Shown: positions 36,270 through 50,789, counted from the first letter of the stretch. The stretch: 64,000 nucleotides of DNA from Octopus sinensis (GCF_006345805.1 NC_043026.1:7006001-7070000); one strand, 5' to 3'. Numbers and translations: made by a program. Notes: generated from the letters alone by a model not told the origin.

Positions 36270-37399
36270 GTAAAGGATGGGGCAACAGCCAATGAAGTTC
36301 AAAAGAGACACGAGGGAATGTCAATGACCTAAAACAGAAGGTAAAGCTTTACTCAAAGTGAAGCAATCCTCTCTGGCAAGAGACTGAATCATAGTTTTTT
36401 TTATTTAACAGAAAACTGTGTCCTTAAACTTTGTATCCTGAGCAATGAAAGCCAATGCAGTTCTGTCGATGTTTACAGGTGTTTTGGATGTCACCTGACT
36501 GCTGGTGCAAGATGCGATTGGCTGCAATGTGTGTTGGGTGTGTGCAGGAGTGGTTTTAAGAGTGCTGTGACAAAATTAGCAAATGAAATGATATTAGTCA
36601 AACCGTGAAGCCAAATCCAAACAGAGCTGCTACAGGTTCAATCTCAAAGCGGATACTTGTCAGCTCCATGGCTTGAGGTATTCCAATTCTATGAAATTCC
36701 ATAAATTCATATTCGTTTACTTGTTTCAGAGTGTGGCCATGCTGGAGCACTGCTTTGAAGGGATAACTCGAACAAATCAATGGCCATCCCAGTAGTTGGT
36801 TTTCCTTAAAGCCTGGTAATATTCTGTCAATCTCTTTTGCTGAAATGCTAAGTTACAGGGATGTAAACAAATCAATACTGGTTGAAAAGATGTGGGGTTG
36901 TGACAAAGGCACTTACATATACAAATACACGTGTCTCCTTATCTTGACACTGTATGATTGTAAATGAGTGTCATTGTTGTATAAGCGGTGTCATTCATTT
37001 CCAGTGTTCTGCGTGAACTTGTCAGGCCATGGGGGAAATATCACCTTGCTGAGAAACAGGTGAGGATTGGTGACAGGTAGGGCATCCAGCCTTACAAAGC
37101 CAGCCTCAAATAAACTCAGTCCTACCCAGGCAAGCAGGGAAATGTAGATGTTAAACAACGATACACACACATGTGCACTCAATGGGCTTCTGCACAGTTT
37201 CCATCTACCATTTTCACTTTCTATGCCACTCAGATCTCCTTCATGCAATTTTTCAAATGACCAATACTGTTTAATTGAGGTGACCATCACTTTGTAATTG
37301 GATTTTATGGAAACAATAGCAGAAGACTGTACAAGTATAGATGTGTGTGTGAGTGTATTTACCGACATAAACCAGGTGTGTTTTTGTAGCCCTTTATAA

Positions 37400-37690
37400 G
37401 GGATACCTTTCAAGTGTTGGGCCTCACGGATGCAATGACCAAGACCTTTGGCATAATGTCGTGCTTGAGAAGAAGACCCATCAAGCTGAGCAAAATCACA
37501 GTTGTGGCAGATAACGGTGTCACACAAGTGCCACCCATGCTGGTGGCACATAAAGGCATCCATTACACTCTCAGATTGGTTGGCGTTAGGAAGGGCATCC
37601 AGCCATTGAAAACCATGCCAAATCAGACTGGAGTCTGGTGCAGCCTTCCAGAGTGCCAGCATGGACAATGGGCTTTAAACGATGATGGTT
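37400..37690 (+). mobile_element. Family C long form carrying RTE ORF-end-like sequence
   Basis: LGLTDAMT..., followed by the family C core and (gat)n tail. Confidence 0.65.
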
Positions 37691-38221
37691 ATGTGTGTGG
37701 GTGGGGGGGGGGTTTCGTTCCCCGGCCATCACTTGACAACCAATGTTGGTGTATTTATGTCCCTATGACTTAGCAGTTCAGAAAAAGAGACCGATAGAAT
37801 AAGTACTAGGCTTGCAAAGAATAAGTCCTGGGATGAGTTTCTTTGACTAAAACACTTCAAGGTGGAGCTCCAGCATGGCCACAGTCATGACTGAAACAAG
37901 TAAAAGAATAAAGGAATACACACACACACACATCTACAATAACCCCGACCAGAGACCAGAGTGAATTTGGTAAACTGGGACTAAAAGATGGCCAGCAAAC
38001 ACGCGAGAGAGTGTGTACATGTGTATGAATGCGTATAAACTCATGTGAAAGCACATGGCTTAGTGGATAGTGTATTTGGCTCATGATCATATAGTCATGA
38101 GTTCAATTCCTGGTGGTGTGTTACGTCCTTGCACCAGTCCACTCAGCTGGCAAAAGTGAATATTATCTGTAATTCAAAGGGTCAGCCTAGTCGCATCCTG
38201 TGTTATGCTGAACGAATGCAT

Positions 38222-38295
38222 TTAATACACATGTTTCAGATCATTGTGCAATAAAAAGGGAATTTCATCACTTATGTAATATCTTCTTCAGTCAA
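38222..38295 (-). ncRNA. PLE-type hammerhead with long stem II
   Basis: ttga CTGAAGA agat [insert] atct GAAAC atgt GT A ttaa. Confidence 0.65.
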
Positions 38296-38942
38296 GACAT
38301 CAAAATATGAACAAATTGATGGAATTTGCCCTTTCTTCACCCTCAGTTTGAGAATTCTGGTAATATGCATCGATTCTAAGCATAATATGCTATACATACA
38401 CACACAAGCTATCTGTAACTTAAAGCAATAAAGTTTTCCATGACAATCTGTTGTGGTTGAGCATCTAAATGCACCAGGAACACCTATTGCAGGGTTCCCA
38501 GAATGGTGAAACGTGCAGGAGAACTATGATATAAACTTGTGATTGATGGATGGACACAGACACACACACACAGATGGCTATATATAGATACAGGTAGTTA
38601 AGAGGGAAGGTACATAGAGAAATATATATACACACACAACACACACACACACACACACACACGTGAAGGTAGATAAATATGATGGAAGACATACAGACAC
38701 ACACATGAAAGTAGATAAATAGATAAAGAGAGAGATGAAAGTAGGGACAGAGAGAGAGAGAGAGAGAGAGAAGCTGATAGAGACAAATAGACAAAACAGA
38801 TGTATAGACACAGGTAAGAGTGTGTGTGTGTGCATCTGTTTTGATCAGAATGCTAACATAACCACCAACAACTTACCTATTTAGATATATAAACAGCATC
38901 CTCACATCCAGATAAATATACATGCTTATGTATATCTACACA

Positions 38943-38982
<40 letters not shown>

Positions 38983-39279
38983 GAAGATGGAAGCCAGCAT
39001 CCTTCACTCCTTCCTAACAAGTCATCGTTGGAGAGGCCAAGGTGGTGGGCGAATAAGGAAGCAGAGCTGAAGAACATCACAGAAAACACACACACACCAC
39101 ACACACACACACACATAAGCATACATATGTGTACAAACACACATACACAAACACTATACAGATACACACACACAAACATATATATACATCAATACTAGAG
39201 AAAAAATGCATGTGGTATGTGTGTGTGTGTGCATATAACACCACACACCACATATATATTATTATAATATACATATATT

Positions 39280-39292
39280 ACAGGGAAGGTGG

Positions 39293-39324
<32 letters not shown>

Positions 39325-39760
39325 CAACACACACACACACAATATATACACACAAGCATATAAATTAATGTATATATAATAATTATTTATATGTAATGTG
39401 TGTGAATATGTTCATATATGTATATATGTATGTAATACGTGTGTGTGTGTATATATATGTATGAATGTAATATATGTATATATATATATATATACTTTTA
39501 TATATATATAATGTGTGTGTGTATATATATGTATGAATGTAATAAATATATATATTTATATGTATGTAATATGTGTATATATATATATATATATATAATA
39601 TATATATGTAATATGTGTGTATATGTATGTAATGTGTATATGTATATGTACTGTGTGTATGTATATATATCATATATATATATTTATACATCTATATATA
39701 TTATGTATGTATATATGTAATGTGTGTGTGTGTGTGTGTGTTTATATATGTTTGTATGTA
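39280..39760. repeat. TA/TG compound microsatellite field
   Basis: Directly visible. Confidence 0.9.
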
Positions 39761-40345
39761 TATGAACACAAAACCCGAGAGCTGCCAGAGAGAGTGAAAA
39801 TATATTTACAATATAAAAGTGTGGCAATTAAATATATTTATAATACACAAGAGAGAGAGAGAGAGAAAGAGTGTGAGAGAGTGTGTGAGCGCGTGTGTGT
39901 GTGTATGTATGCACACACAACACACACACACACACGTGCAGTAGGTTGGTGCTTAAAAAAACTCACCGTTTTCTATTGAGGGTGACTAATCGCTGGCTTA
40001 TTGTTATGAACCAACATCCATTGCTGCCTGCTCGACTGCTTCTTCATCTCTCTCTCTCCTTCACATGTCAAATAACAAATATATACACTCACTCACACAC
40101 TTGCATATACACACCTTCCAATGTATAGGAAAGAGGTGAGATAAGACAACATGCCAGCATTTGTGTGTGGGTGTAGTGTGCGGGTTTTAAAGGTGTGTGT
40201 GTGTATGTGTGTGTGTCTATGTCTAGCTGTGTGTGTGTGTGTTGTATGGTCTAGTGTGTGTGTGTGTGATGCAGGCTTTATATAGGTATCTGTGAGCCTG
40301 TACATGTGTATGATCTAGGATGTATAAGTTTGTATATAGTGCAAG

Positions 40346-40379
<34 letters not shown>

Positions 40380-40809
40380 GCTTGTATACAATGTAGGCTG
40401 TATATAGTTATGTGTGGGCCTGCATGTCTGTGTATGATCTAGGATATGTATGTATATGTAAGTCTGTATATGGTGTAAGCGAAGTACATTTATGTGCGTG
40501 TGTGTGTGTGTAGAGGCAGCTTCATCACCATGCCACAGATGTGAGCAATTCTTTAACGTAAAGTTTCTGTAGCAATTCAAGGCGGGCCAGCATTTTATCA
40601 GCATTGAGGTATTTCCTGGTCCTCAACAGGAAAATGATGTTTGTGATGAGGCCAAACACAGGAATCACACAACCTCCTTTTTTTTCCTGAAGGCACTCCG
40701 TGAAAATTTACAAGCGAAACTTCACAAACCACCGAATATAAATTCATTTTCTCTCCTATTCTTTTAAATAGCAATAAAAAAACAAAAAGACATCATCATT
40801 GTTGTTGTA

Positions 40810-41277
40810 GCCATGGTTGTCGATTCAGCGCCAGAGTCGGAAGCAATTACCGTATTTTAACGAGGATAAGGAACCCATTTTTGTCAAAAATTAGGATTTT
40901 AAAAAAATGAGTTTCTTTTTAATCCCTTACAAAACTTTTTTCCCAAATTTTAAACCCCCAAAATAGGTTTTTTTATACACATTAAAATAGACTAAATGGA
41001 AGTTGGAGTCAGTAAAACTATACTGACTCTGACTCCGAGATCTTTAATCTAAACCAGTTATAACATAGAGGCCTACTCAAACTACAAGTGTATGCATATG
41101 CTTTATGAGATATGTAGACCACAATCAATTACATAAAGAGGAGTCAGAGTCAGCGGTGTCAGTAGGAGAGGAGTCGGAGGTGTCAGTAGGAGAGGAGTCG
41201 GAGGTGTAAATAGGAGAGGAGTCGGAGGTGTAAGTAGGAGAGGAGTCGGAGGTTTTTCTTTTGACTCCACAGCCCTG
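40810..41277. mobile_element. GGAGTC-repeat non-autonomous DNA element with internal 24-bp tandem repeats (41147-41252) and a nested MITE fragment
   Basis: Right end gactccacagccctg; gagtcggaggtgtcagtaggagag with period 24; nested taccgtatttt segment related to 7380-7480. Confidence 0.5.
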
Positions 41278-41329
41278 GTTTTAGCATCTACTTTTCTTTG
41301 CTTCCATGGAGTCTCCAAAGATAAGTCAG

Positions 41330-41810
41330 GTCAATCAAGGTGTGTGGGGGGCATGTGATGGCACAGCACCTTGCTGTGGTCCCCATTTGTGCCAGGATAT
41401 TCACGGGTCCTTCTGGATTCCGCTCAGTCCCCCTTGCGTCCACATCTGCCACATGGTTGACCAACACAAGCCATTGTCAACTTTGTCAGATCCTCAGTAA
41501 AAGCAACACAGTAAACAGGATCTAACTTGGAAAAATCGAGGAACCCGACCAAACGGTTCCAAGCTGGCACTTCTGAATCGTACATGAAACAGGACACAAC
41601 CCAGTTTCTGAGAACAGGTGGTAACCCATAATTCTGAAGCATCCTGCTATCAAAGGAGTTCAGATGACTCCTGAGGGTCCTGGCCAGTGTCCAAGTCTCA
41701 CAACCACAGAGCAAGACAGAGAGGACCAGAGACCTAAAAGCCTGAACCCTTTGCAATTATAGAGCAGGACAAGAAAGACCAGAGCCCTAAAGACATGAAC
41801 CCTTTACAAC
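41330..41810 (-). mobile_element. RTE-clade LINE remnant
   Basis: VQAFRSLVLSVLLCGCETWTL, typical of the RTE post-RT region. Confidence 0.8.
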
Positions 41811-41817
41811 TATAGAT

Positions 41818-42118
41818 CAATGGTTCCCAAATTTTGGGGGGCTGCTGCCCCCTTGACACCCAGGCCACATTCCTAGCGTCCCCAACAAACCATCACAAAT
41901 ACAGACCTCTTTATGAAGCAAAATGAAAGCAACAGTTTTTCACAAAACTTAACCTCATGAACCCATTATTTTGTTGTTTTTACATGAATTGCCGCCCCCA
42001 TTATAGCCCTCACTTTTTACATGAATCACCCCCTTTATTGCCCCACTTTTCTTCAACACCCCCTTGGAACTCCCCACCACCTAAGGAGGGGCAATACCAC
42101 CCACTTTGGGAACCACTG
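41818..42118. mobile_element. hAT-like MITE with 8-bp TSD
   Basis: ctatagat|caatggttcccaaa ... tttgggaaccactg|ctatagaa. Confidence 0.85.
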
Positions 42119-42554
42119 CTATAGAACAGGATAGGAAGGACCACAGACCTAAAAATCTGAACCTTTGGCTTACCCGAGGCTATAGTACAAGACATTTACC
42201 CAAGGTACCATGCAATGGGACTGAACCCAGAACCATGCAATTAGGAAGCAAGCTTCTTACCATAGAGCCACACATACAAAAATTCTTAGTTTTTGGGGGT
42301 TTTTTTCTATCAATGTTTGGGAAGCAAACAAATTTCTGTAGAAAATCACAGTTCTGGCACCTTGACCAAGTGTCTTCTACTTTAGCCTCGGGCTGACCAA
42401 AGCCTTGTGAGTGGATTTGGTAGACGGAAACTGAAAGAAACCTGCCATGTGTGCGCGTGGTGTCCCACCACCACTTGACTACTGTAACCTAGCAGTTTGG
42501 CAAAAGAGATAAATAGAATAATTAACAGACTTTAAAGAAAATTAAAATAAGCGT

Positions 42555-42724
42555 AAGTGTTGTTGTGTGGTAAGTAGCTTGCTTACTAACCACATGGTCC
42601 TGGGTTCAGTCCCACTGTGTGGCACCTTGGGCAAGTGTCTTCTACTATAGCCTCGGGCTGACCAAAGCCTTGTGAGTGGATTTGGTAGACGGAAACTGAA
42701 AGAAGCCCGTCGTATATATGTGTG

Positions 42725-42759
<35 letters not shown>

Positions 42760-42970
42760 TTGTGTGTCTGCGTTTGTCCTCCCAACATCACTTGACAACC
42801 GATGCTGGTGTGTTTATGTCCCTGTAACTTAGCGGTTCAGCAAAAGAGACCGATAGAATAAGTACTGGGCTTCTAAAGAATAAGTCCTGAGTTTGATTTG
42901 CTCGACTAAAGGCGGTGCTCCAGCATAGCCACAGTCAAATGACCGAAACAAGTAAAAGAGTAAAAAGAGT
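42555..42970 (+). mobile_element. SINE family A, near full length
   Basis: Head, internal TA/TG and tail. Confidence 0.88.
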
Positions 42971-43372
42971 ATAAATACTGGGCTCCATTCATTCAACCAA
43001 AAATTGACGGCAGAGCCCCAGCATGACCACAGCTTATTGACCAAAACGAGTAAAGGATAGATGCATATAAATCTGTAGGCAAAAAATTTCACAACAAAGG
43101 AAGCCAGAGCCAAAATCTCACTTTCATAGAAACCTCAAAAATCAATGTTTTCTGTTAATACATTAAAAAACATGTAAGGAAAGTAAGATTCTTGTTTGGT
43201 ATAGAAAAAAAAAGAGGGAAATAAAGATGAAAGAATTCCTCAGGCGTGATATTTTCAATAGCAAATGGTTTCACCTTTGTTAAGGAATGAATGAAGAGAG
43301 AGAGAAACTGCTGAATATACCTTTACATGAATGAGTGATTATTGGGAGAGGAGGGAGGAAGACATACAATAA

Positions 43373-43781
43373 TCTCTCTCTATATATATATATAAAGCTG
43401 AAGCTGTCTGTCTGTGTATGGCAGGTTTGGTAGCCTTCAACTAACACTATCTCCTCCGAGATCCTGCAGCGTAAGTTGACCAAAATTGAGACTATGATAG
43501 AAGAAGGCTTGCTCTTCCTTCCGTAGAAGAAAAAATTCAAATCAGACCATGTTAACACCAAAAATTATTTACATCAAAAAGGTGCTTTTTTTTTTTAATG
43601 AAAATCCCTACTTTTTTACGATTTTTTTGACTGCTGTGTCGCCATTTTTCAGTGTATTTCAACCAGAAAAATGTTCACTTAAAGAGAATAACAAGCTACA
43701 TGATGCAAAATTTTTACTTTTCAAAAATTCCAATTCTAAAGGGTCGAAACAAACCCGAGCAACGCCGGACGATACTACTAG
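43373..43781 (+). mobile_element. Non-autonomous Helitron
   Basis: A|TC...CTAG|T termini with subterminal hairpin ccgagcaacgccgg. Confidence 0.8.
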
Positions 43782-44249
43782 TAATGAATTCAAATTTTAG
43801 CCTCAAGGGCAGCTTGGGGGAGGGATTAAGTCGATTACATTGACCCCAGCGTGTAACTGGTACTTATTTAATCAACTCGAAAATAATGAAATGCAAGTCA
43901 ACCTCGGTGGAATTTGAACTCGGAATGTAGTGACAGGTGAAAAACCGCTAAGCATTTAGCCCAGCATGCTAAACTCACTGCCTTAATAATAATAATAATC
44001 AGAGCACTGAAAGAGCGCAAACTTCACCAAGGCAACACCAACATACTCTCAACGATTAACCTGAGATGATTTTTAAAATGAGAAAATCTGAAATAAAATC
44101 CTTCAAAGAATATCTTGAAACATTTTGGTTTTCTCTTCTCTTAAATTCTGGTCTTTCTTTTGTAATCCTGTTGTTTCAGATCGATGTATAGAATTATGTA
44201 TATTGTATCTACGTATGTATATATGCATAATTTTTAAACATCAATAGGA

Positions 44250-44620
44250 GTAGGAGTGGCTGTGTGGTAAGTAGCTTGCTTACCAACAACATGGTTCTGG
44301 GTTCAGTACCACTGAATGGCACCTTGGGCAAGTGACTTCTACTATAGCCTCGGGCTGACCAAAGCCTTGTGAGTGGATTTGGTAGATGGAAACTGAAAGA
44401 AGCCCATCATATATATATATATGTATATGTTTGTCCCCCCCACCATCACTTTTCAACTGATGTTGATGTATTTACATCCCCCATAACTTAGCGGTTTGGC
44501 AAAAGAGACCAATACAATAAGTACCAGGCTTACGAAGAATAAGTCCTGGGGTCAGTTTGGTCGACTAAAGGTGCTGCTCCAGCATGGCCGCAGCCAAATG
44601 ACAAACAAGTAAAAGAATAA
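44250..44620 (+). mobile_element. SINE family A, near full length
   Basis: Head to tail. Confidence 0.85.
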
Positions 44621-45137
44621 AAAAAATTTTTTAAATAAAAATACACACACACATACATACAGACGATTGACTAATCTTGTCTACCCCCCTCCCCCACACT
44701 CTTATCAGTCATTTGGCAAACTTTCCTCCAAACTCTTAATACTAAGATTTAAATATCAATGTTATTCTATTAATCTCTTGTATTTGAGGATACACAAATC
44801 CTAAGGATATTAAGAAACCATACGTAGTCTTAAAAAACATGAAAAAAGAAAAATAACACTGGGAGGAGGGGGAAGTACTGGTAACCTGAGTATGGAGAAT
44901 TATTTTGCTGAATCACATAGGTTTCAAATCTTTGGCACAAGGCCAGCAAGTCTGGAGAAGGGAATAAGTCAATTATATTGACCCCAGTGGTCAACTGGTA
45001 CTTATTTTATTGACCCAGGAGGGGATGAAAGGCAAAGTCAACATTGGTGGAGTTTGAACTCAGAAATGTGAAGGTGGACAAAATGCCACAAATCATTTCG
45101 CCTGGCATGCTAAAAGTTCTATCAGCTCACCCATCTA

Positions 45138-45546
45138 AATAATAATAATCTTTTTTAATCTAGGCGCAAGGCCCGAAATTTTGGGGGAGGGGAGGGGGGG
45201 CAGTCGATTAGACCACCCCCAGTACATAACTGGTACTTAATTTATCGACCTTCATAGGATGAAAGGCAAAGTCAACCTCGGCGGAATTTGAACTCAGAAT
45301 ATCATGGCAGACAAAATACCTATTTCTTTACTACCCACAAGGGGCTAAACACAGAGGGGACAAACAAGGATAGACAAATGAATTAAGTCGATTATATCGA
45401 CCCTAGTGCGTAACTGGTACTTATTTAATCGAACCCGGAAGGATGAAAGGCAAAGTCGACCTCGGCGGAATTTGAACTCAGAACATTGGGTAGACGAAAT
45501 ACCATTAAGCATTTCGCCCATTCGTGCTAATTATTCTGCCAGCTTA
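45138..45546 (-). mobile_element. SINE family B heterodimer (long-tail unit fused to short-tail unit)
   Basis: Junction gcagacaaaa|tacctatttc at 45317, same as in the 7.5-8.6 kb array. Confidence 0.8.
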
Positions 45547-45942
45547 CCCCACCCCCTTAAAATAATAATCCTTTCTAGTATAGGCACAAGGCCTGAAATT
45601 TTGGGGGAGGGAGACGATCGATTACATTGACCCCAATACTTGACCAGTAATATAGGGTTAGGGTTTGACCCCCAAAAGGATGAAAGGCAAAATAATAATA
45701 ATAATGGTTTCAAATTTTGGCACAAGACCTGCAATTCCAAGGAAGGATGTAAGTTAATTACGCCAACCCCAGTGCATGACTGGTATTTATTTTACAGAGC
45801 CTGGAAAGATGAAAAGAGTTTGAACTCCGAACGTAATGACAAATGAAACTGCACTAATCGTTCTCTCCTGTGTGCTAACGATTCTTGTTAATTTGCCACC
45901 TTCAACCAACAGGTGTCATCAGTTGTAAAGAGTTACCGTATT

Positions 45943-46335
45943 ACTCTTTTACTTGTTTCAGTCGTTTGACTGCAGCCATGCTGGAGCACCGCCTTTAGTC
46001 GAGCAAATCGAACCCAGGACTTATTCTTTGTAAGCCCAGTACTTATTCTATCGGTCTCTTTTGCCGAACCGCTAAGTGACGGAGACGTAAACACACCAGC
46101 ATCGGTTGTCAAGCAATGCTAGGGGGACAAACACAGACACACAAACACACACATACATACATATATATACATATATACGACGGGCTTCTTTCAGTTTCCG
46201 TCTACCAAATCCACTCACAAGGCATTGGTCGGCCCGGGGCTATAGCAGAAGACACTTGCCCAAGATGCCACGCAGTGGGACTAAACCCGCAACCATGTGG
46301 TTGGTTAGCAAGCTACTTACCACACAGCCACTCCT
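45943..46335 (-). mobile_element. SINE family A, full length, low divergence
   Basis: Nearly identical to 14001-14400. Confidence 0.9.
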
Positions 46336-46561
46336 GCGCCTATATTATATAGAAAGCAGAACAATTTCAAGTGAAGGTTAATCCTTTAGCATTTAAACCG
46401 GCCACATCGGGGGCCAAAACCTGTTTTATGTTCAAACTAGCCAGATCCAGCCTCTCACACCTATCCTACAATGTCATTCTAAAAATAAGCAATCACAACA
46501 ATATCCCAAGGGTACAAGATAACACGTGATTAATTCTCAACATTGGAATAAATAAGCATTA

Positions 46562-46845
46562 TACAGGGTGTCCCAAAAGTCACCGAAAGGGTTTCAATTT
46601 CTAATAACTTCCTTGACTTTACAAATAAATGCATGAAATTTTGATACAATATAAAGGACATAATGGAAATTAATATACACAAGTCAAATTTTGCAACACC
46701 ACTACATCACTTATGAAAAATGACATTGCTTAAATGGCAGCCATTTTCGGCTTTGCACACCTGTGCTCTTTCCAAAACGTGCGCCATAAAACCCTCAAGA
46801 GTTTCAGACCCCACTTCTTTGATTTTTCTATTGATGTTTGCACTT
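46562..46845 (-). mobile_element. Tc1/mariner-superfamily transposon, 3' end
   Basis: TIR tacagggtgtcccaaaag; peptide NINRKIKEV...AENGCHLSNVIFHK-stop resembles ITm transposase C-termini. Confidence 0.7.
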
Positions 46846-49622
46846 ATGTGTGTGTGTGTGTGTACACTCTTGTGTATGTGTACACGCCTTTGTGTGTGTA
46901 CATGCATGTGTGTGTGTGTGTGTGTGTGTATGTCTCCCTGCATGTGTGTGTGTGTATGTCTCCCCGCATTGAGTGTGTCTTGGCATGTGTGTGTGTGTCT
47001 CCCCACATGTGTATGTCCACATGTGCCTACATGTGTGTGTGTATGTGTGTGTGGTGTGTGCATAGATGTGTGTACGCATGTGTATGGTGTATGTGCGTGA
47101 GAGCGAAGAAATAGGCGGCAAAACCCCACCCCCACCCCCAGCAAGACAAGGTTGGGGTGATGGGGGTTTGCTGAGAGAAGCAGACACAGAAAGGGAACAA
47201 AATAAGAAAAAAAGATAGGGGTTAAAAAAGGGGAGAAATAAAAAAAAAAACAGACACACACACAAAAACTCTAAACTCCCCACCGCATCCCACACCACCA
47301 CCATCCATCCATCCATCCATCCATGCATCCTACTCCTTTCCTTGCCCACCACACCAGATCCTTGCCGCCGTCACCACCACCACCACCACCACCACCATCG
47401 TTGCTCCGCTATTTACTTAGAAAACAAAAAGTAAACAAATTTCAATATGGAAAAGATATAAAAAAAAAAAACCCTGAAATGTTTAAAAAATAATTGAAGA
47501 AACGAAATGACTCCCTGTCCCCCCCTCCAACAGCTCCCCCACTCTCCTGTCAGACTCCCTGATCATCATCATCAGCAGCAGCACCACCATCGCTGTCAGC
47601 TTGGCTTTGTTTCTCTTACCAAATAGGGTAATATAAGACTTGGAAAGAGAGTGTGGCAAGATGAGACAAGGCCGGGGGGGGGGGGGGCAGGGATATATCC
47701 ACGCATGCACACACGTGTGTGTGTGACTGTGTGTGTGTGTGTGTGTGTGACTGTGTGTGTGTGTGTGTGTGACTGTGTGTTGTGTGTGTGTGACTGTGTG
47801 TGTGTGTGTGTGTGACTGTGTGTGTGTGTGTGTGTGTGTGACTGTGTGTGTGTGTATGTGACTGTGTGTGTGTGTGTGTGTGTGAGTGTTTGTGTGTGTG
47901 TGTGGTGAGTGATTGTGTGTGTGTGTCATTGTATGTTTGTGTGATTGTGATTGCGTGTGCCTGTGCCCATGCGACTGCGCCCTCATGCCCATGCAACTTC
48001 ATGTGCCCTTGTGACTGCATGCGACCGCTTGCGCCCGTGATTGTGTGTGCATGCGTGAGTACATACATATGTTTGTATGTGTGAATATATATATATATAT
48101 ATATATATATAAGTGTGTATATGTATGGAGATATGTTTAGCGTGTGCATAAATATACTTTAAGAAATGTCAGACAGAGGCATGGCTGTGTGGTAAGAAAC
48201 TTGCTTCAAGACCACATGGATCTGGGTTCAGTTCCACTGCATGGCACCATGGACAAATGTCTTTTTTCTACAGCCTCAAGTCAACCCAAGCCCTGAGAGT
48301 GGATATGGTAGATGAAAACTGAAAGAAGCCCATTGCATGTGGGTGTGTACCACCACCACTTGACCACTGGTGTTGGGGCGTTTGCATCCCTGTAACTTAG
48401 CAGTTCACCAAAAGAGATTGACAGAATAAATACCAGGCTTTGCAAACAAAAAGAAGGAAATGTGAATTGGGGACGGCCAATTCAATCAAAATTCTTTGAG
48501 GTGGTGCCCCAGCATGGCCAGCCTAATGGCTGAAACTAGATCTCACACACACACACACGGTTACACAGGGGTAGGTGAGAATGTTCCCCACCCATCCACC
48601 CTATCTTTCTAACCCCCCCCCCCGTCACCACCCCAACACCCTTTCATGTGGGAGGCAGACAGAGACAAAATAAGCTTAAGAAGAAAAAAAAAGGGCCCTA
48701 ACCCCAACAGACAATGCTACCCCATCCACACCCTGAGAACTAGGGGCAAATGGAGGGGGAGAGAGAACAGGGATTAGGGTCTTTATTTCAGACAAGGAAG
48801 ACACTGCAGGGTAGAGCCATGTGTGTGTATATATATATGTTATATTTGTATAACGCATGTCTGCTGTATGTATAATATATGCACACAATATGTGTGCGTG
48901 TACATGAGGGTACATGTGTGTCTGGGGGGGGGGTACGTGTGTGCATGTGTGAGGGTACGCGTGTGTGTGTGAGTGTCTATCTTGCCACACTCACATGTAC
49001 ACACACACACACACACACGAGTATGCTATATATTTATGTACACTATACATATGCTGATGTGTGTATACTCATATATTCATAACTGTGTATAAGGTACGTA
49101 TAGATAAATATTCATGTATAATTTTTACCTATGTAAAGAGAGTGTGTAAGTGTGTGTGTACACACATGCTTTACATAAATATGAATAATATACATATATG
49201 TCATCCTATATGGATCCAACCAATCTTATGGCACTCATAAAAAAAAGCTTAATGTACCATTCTACAAAAGATATAGAATATACAGTACAAGAGAAAGCAA
49301 TGAGGGGTGTATAGAGTCATAAATCATATGCGTGTGTGTGTGTACATATACATATATTTATCATTACCATTATTAATAATAATAAAGTGGCTAGCTAGCT
49401 ATATATATATATAGAGAGTAGATGAAACCATGGTGACTGAAGAAGGGGTTTTTTCCTTGTGTTATTTGTCCTGTACTCTATTTTTCGTTGTTTAAGAAAA
49501 ATGCCCAGTTCCTTGGGTTTGTGTCTATGTTTTCATTTCTCATTGTGTTCAATGTTTTTTTGGTGTCCTGTACCCATATATGCATGTATATATACATGTA
49601 GAGGTAGGTACGTACATATATG

Positions 49623-49667
<45 letters not shown>

Positions 49668-50269
49668 GCATATGTTTTATTTATTAATATATATATATAC
49701 TCATCTGTGTAAAATGTGTTTATGTATGCAGATATATAGACACACAATTTAGATAATATGCCCCAGCATGGCCACAATCTAACAAGTGAAACCAGTAAAT
49801 TATATATATATTTATACACACACACACAAACATATATATATATGTGTGTGTGTGCATGTGTATATACTTTCGTTAACATTTAGAAAGTAAAGCAGAGTAG
49901 TAGAAATGTGTAATTCTTCAAAAATTCCAGAGGGAAATAGCAAAATGCTTCATCATGGAAGTGAGAAGTCTGTCAGAAGAAGAAAAAAGGAAGAGAACCG
50001 CCAAAAGAGACCGAAAACCCAGTAAAATACTGTTGCTGCTTGCTGTAACAAAGGTTCCATTTGCACCCTGTTTGGTATGGAAGTCTGCAGAAGATAAAAG
50101 GCAGAGAGAAGAAAAGCAGTAGGGGTAGGGGAGAAAGTGTGGCACAGTGTGGCCCAAAAGAACACGGCCATTCCTTAGCAGAGAAGAGGAACCCTGAAAA
50201 ATGTGATCTCTGACTGACATCTGACTAATGGAATGTCTCACAGGGAAAGATGTACAAGTGTTTGTAAAC

Positions 50270-50750
50270 TATATACATACATATATACACACACACACAC
50301 ACACACATATATATACACACACACACATACACATATATATACACACACACACACACATATTATACACACACACAAACTATATATACACACACCACACATA
50401 TATAACCACACACACAACATATATATACACACACACACATATATATATCCACACACACACACAACACACATATATACACACACACACACCATATATATAC
50501 ACACACACACATATATATACACACACACACATATATATCACACACACACACACCATATACACACCACACAACACACATATAACACACACACACACACATA
50601 TATATATACACACACACCACACATATACACACACACACCCACCCATATATATATACACACACACACACATATATATTAACACACACACACACCATATACA
50701 CACACACACATATATACACACACACACATATATATACCAACACACACACA

Positions 50751-50789
<39 letters not shown>

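Noticed and set aside
36595-36685. Peptide CYRFNLKADTCQLH, PAN/apple-like
   Set aside because: Poor acceptor site, upstream stop, and too short to support without a search.
40555-40610. 36-nt candidate micro-exon (ctgtag|...gag|gtattt)
   Set aside because: Expected by chance; needs RNA-seq.
49420-49470. gaaac catg gt ... ctgaaga as a permuted hammerhead
   Set aside because: The halves are in the wrong order, with no stem I and no GAAA after stem II.
49918-50130. Strong minus-strand polypyrimidine acceptor with open frames
   Set aside because: No recognisable peptide or clear donor site.
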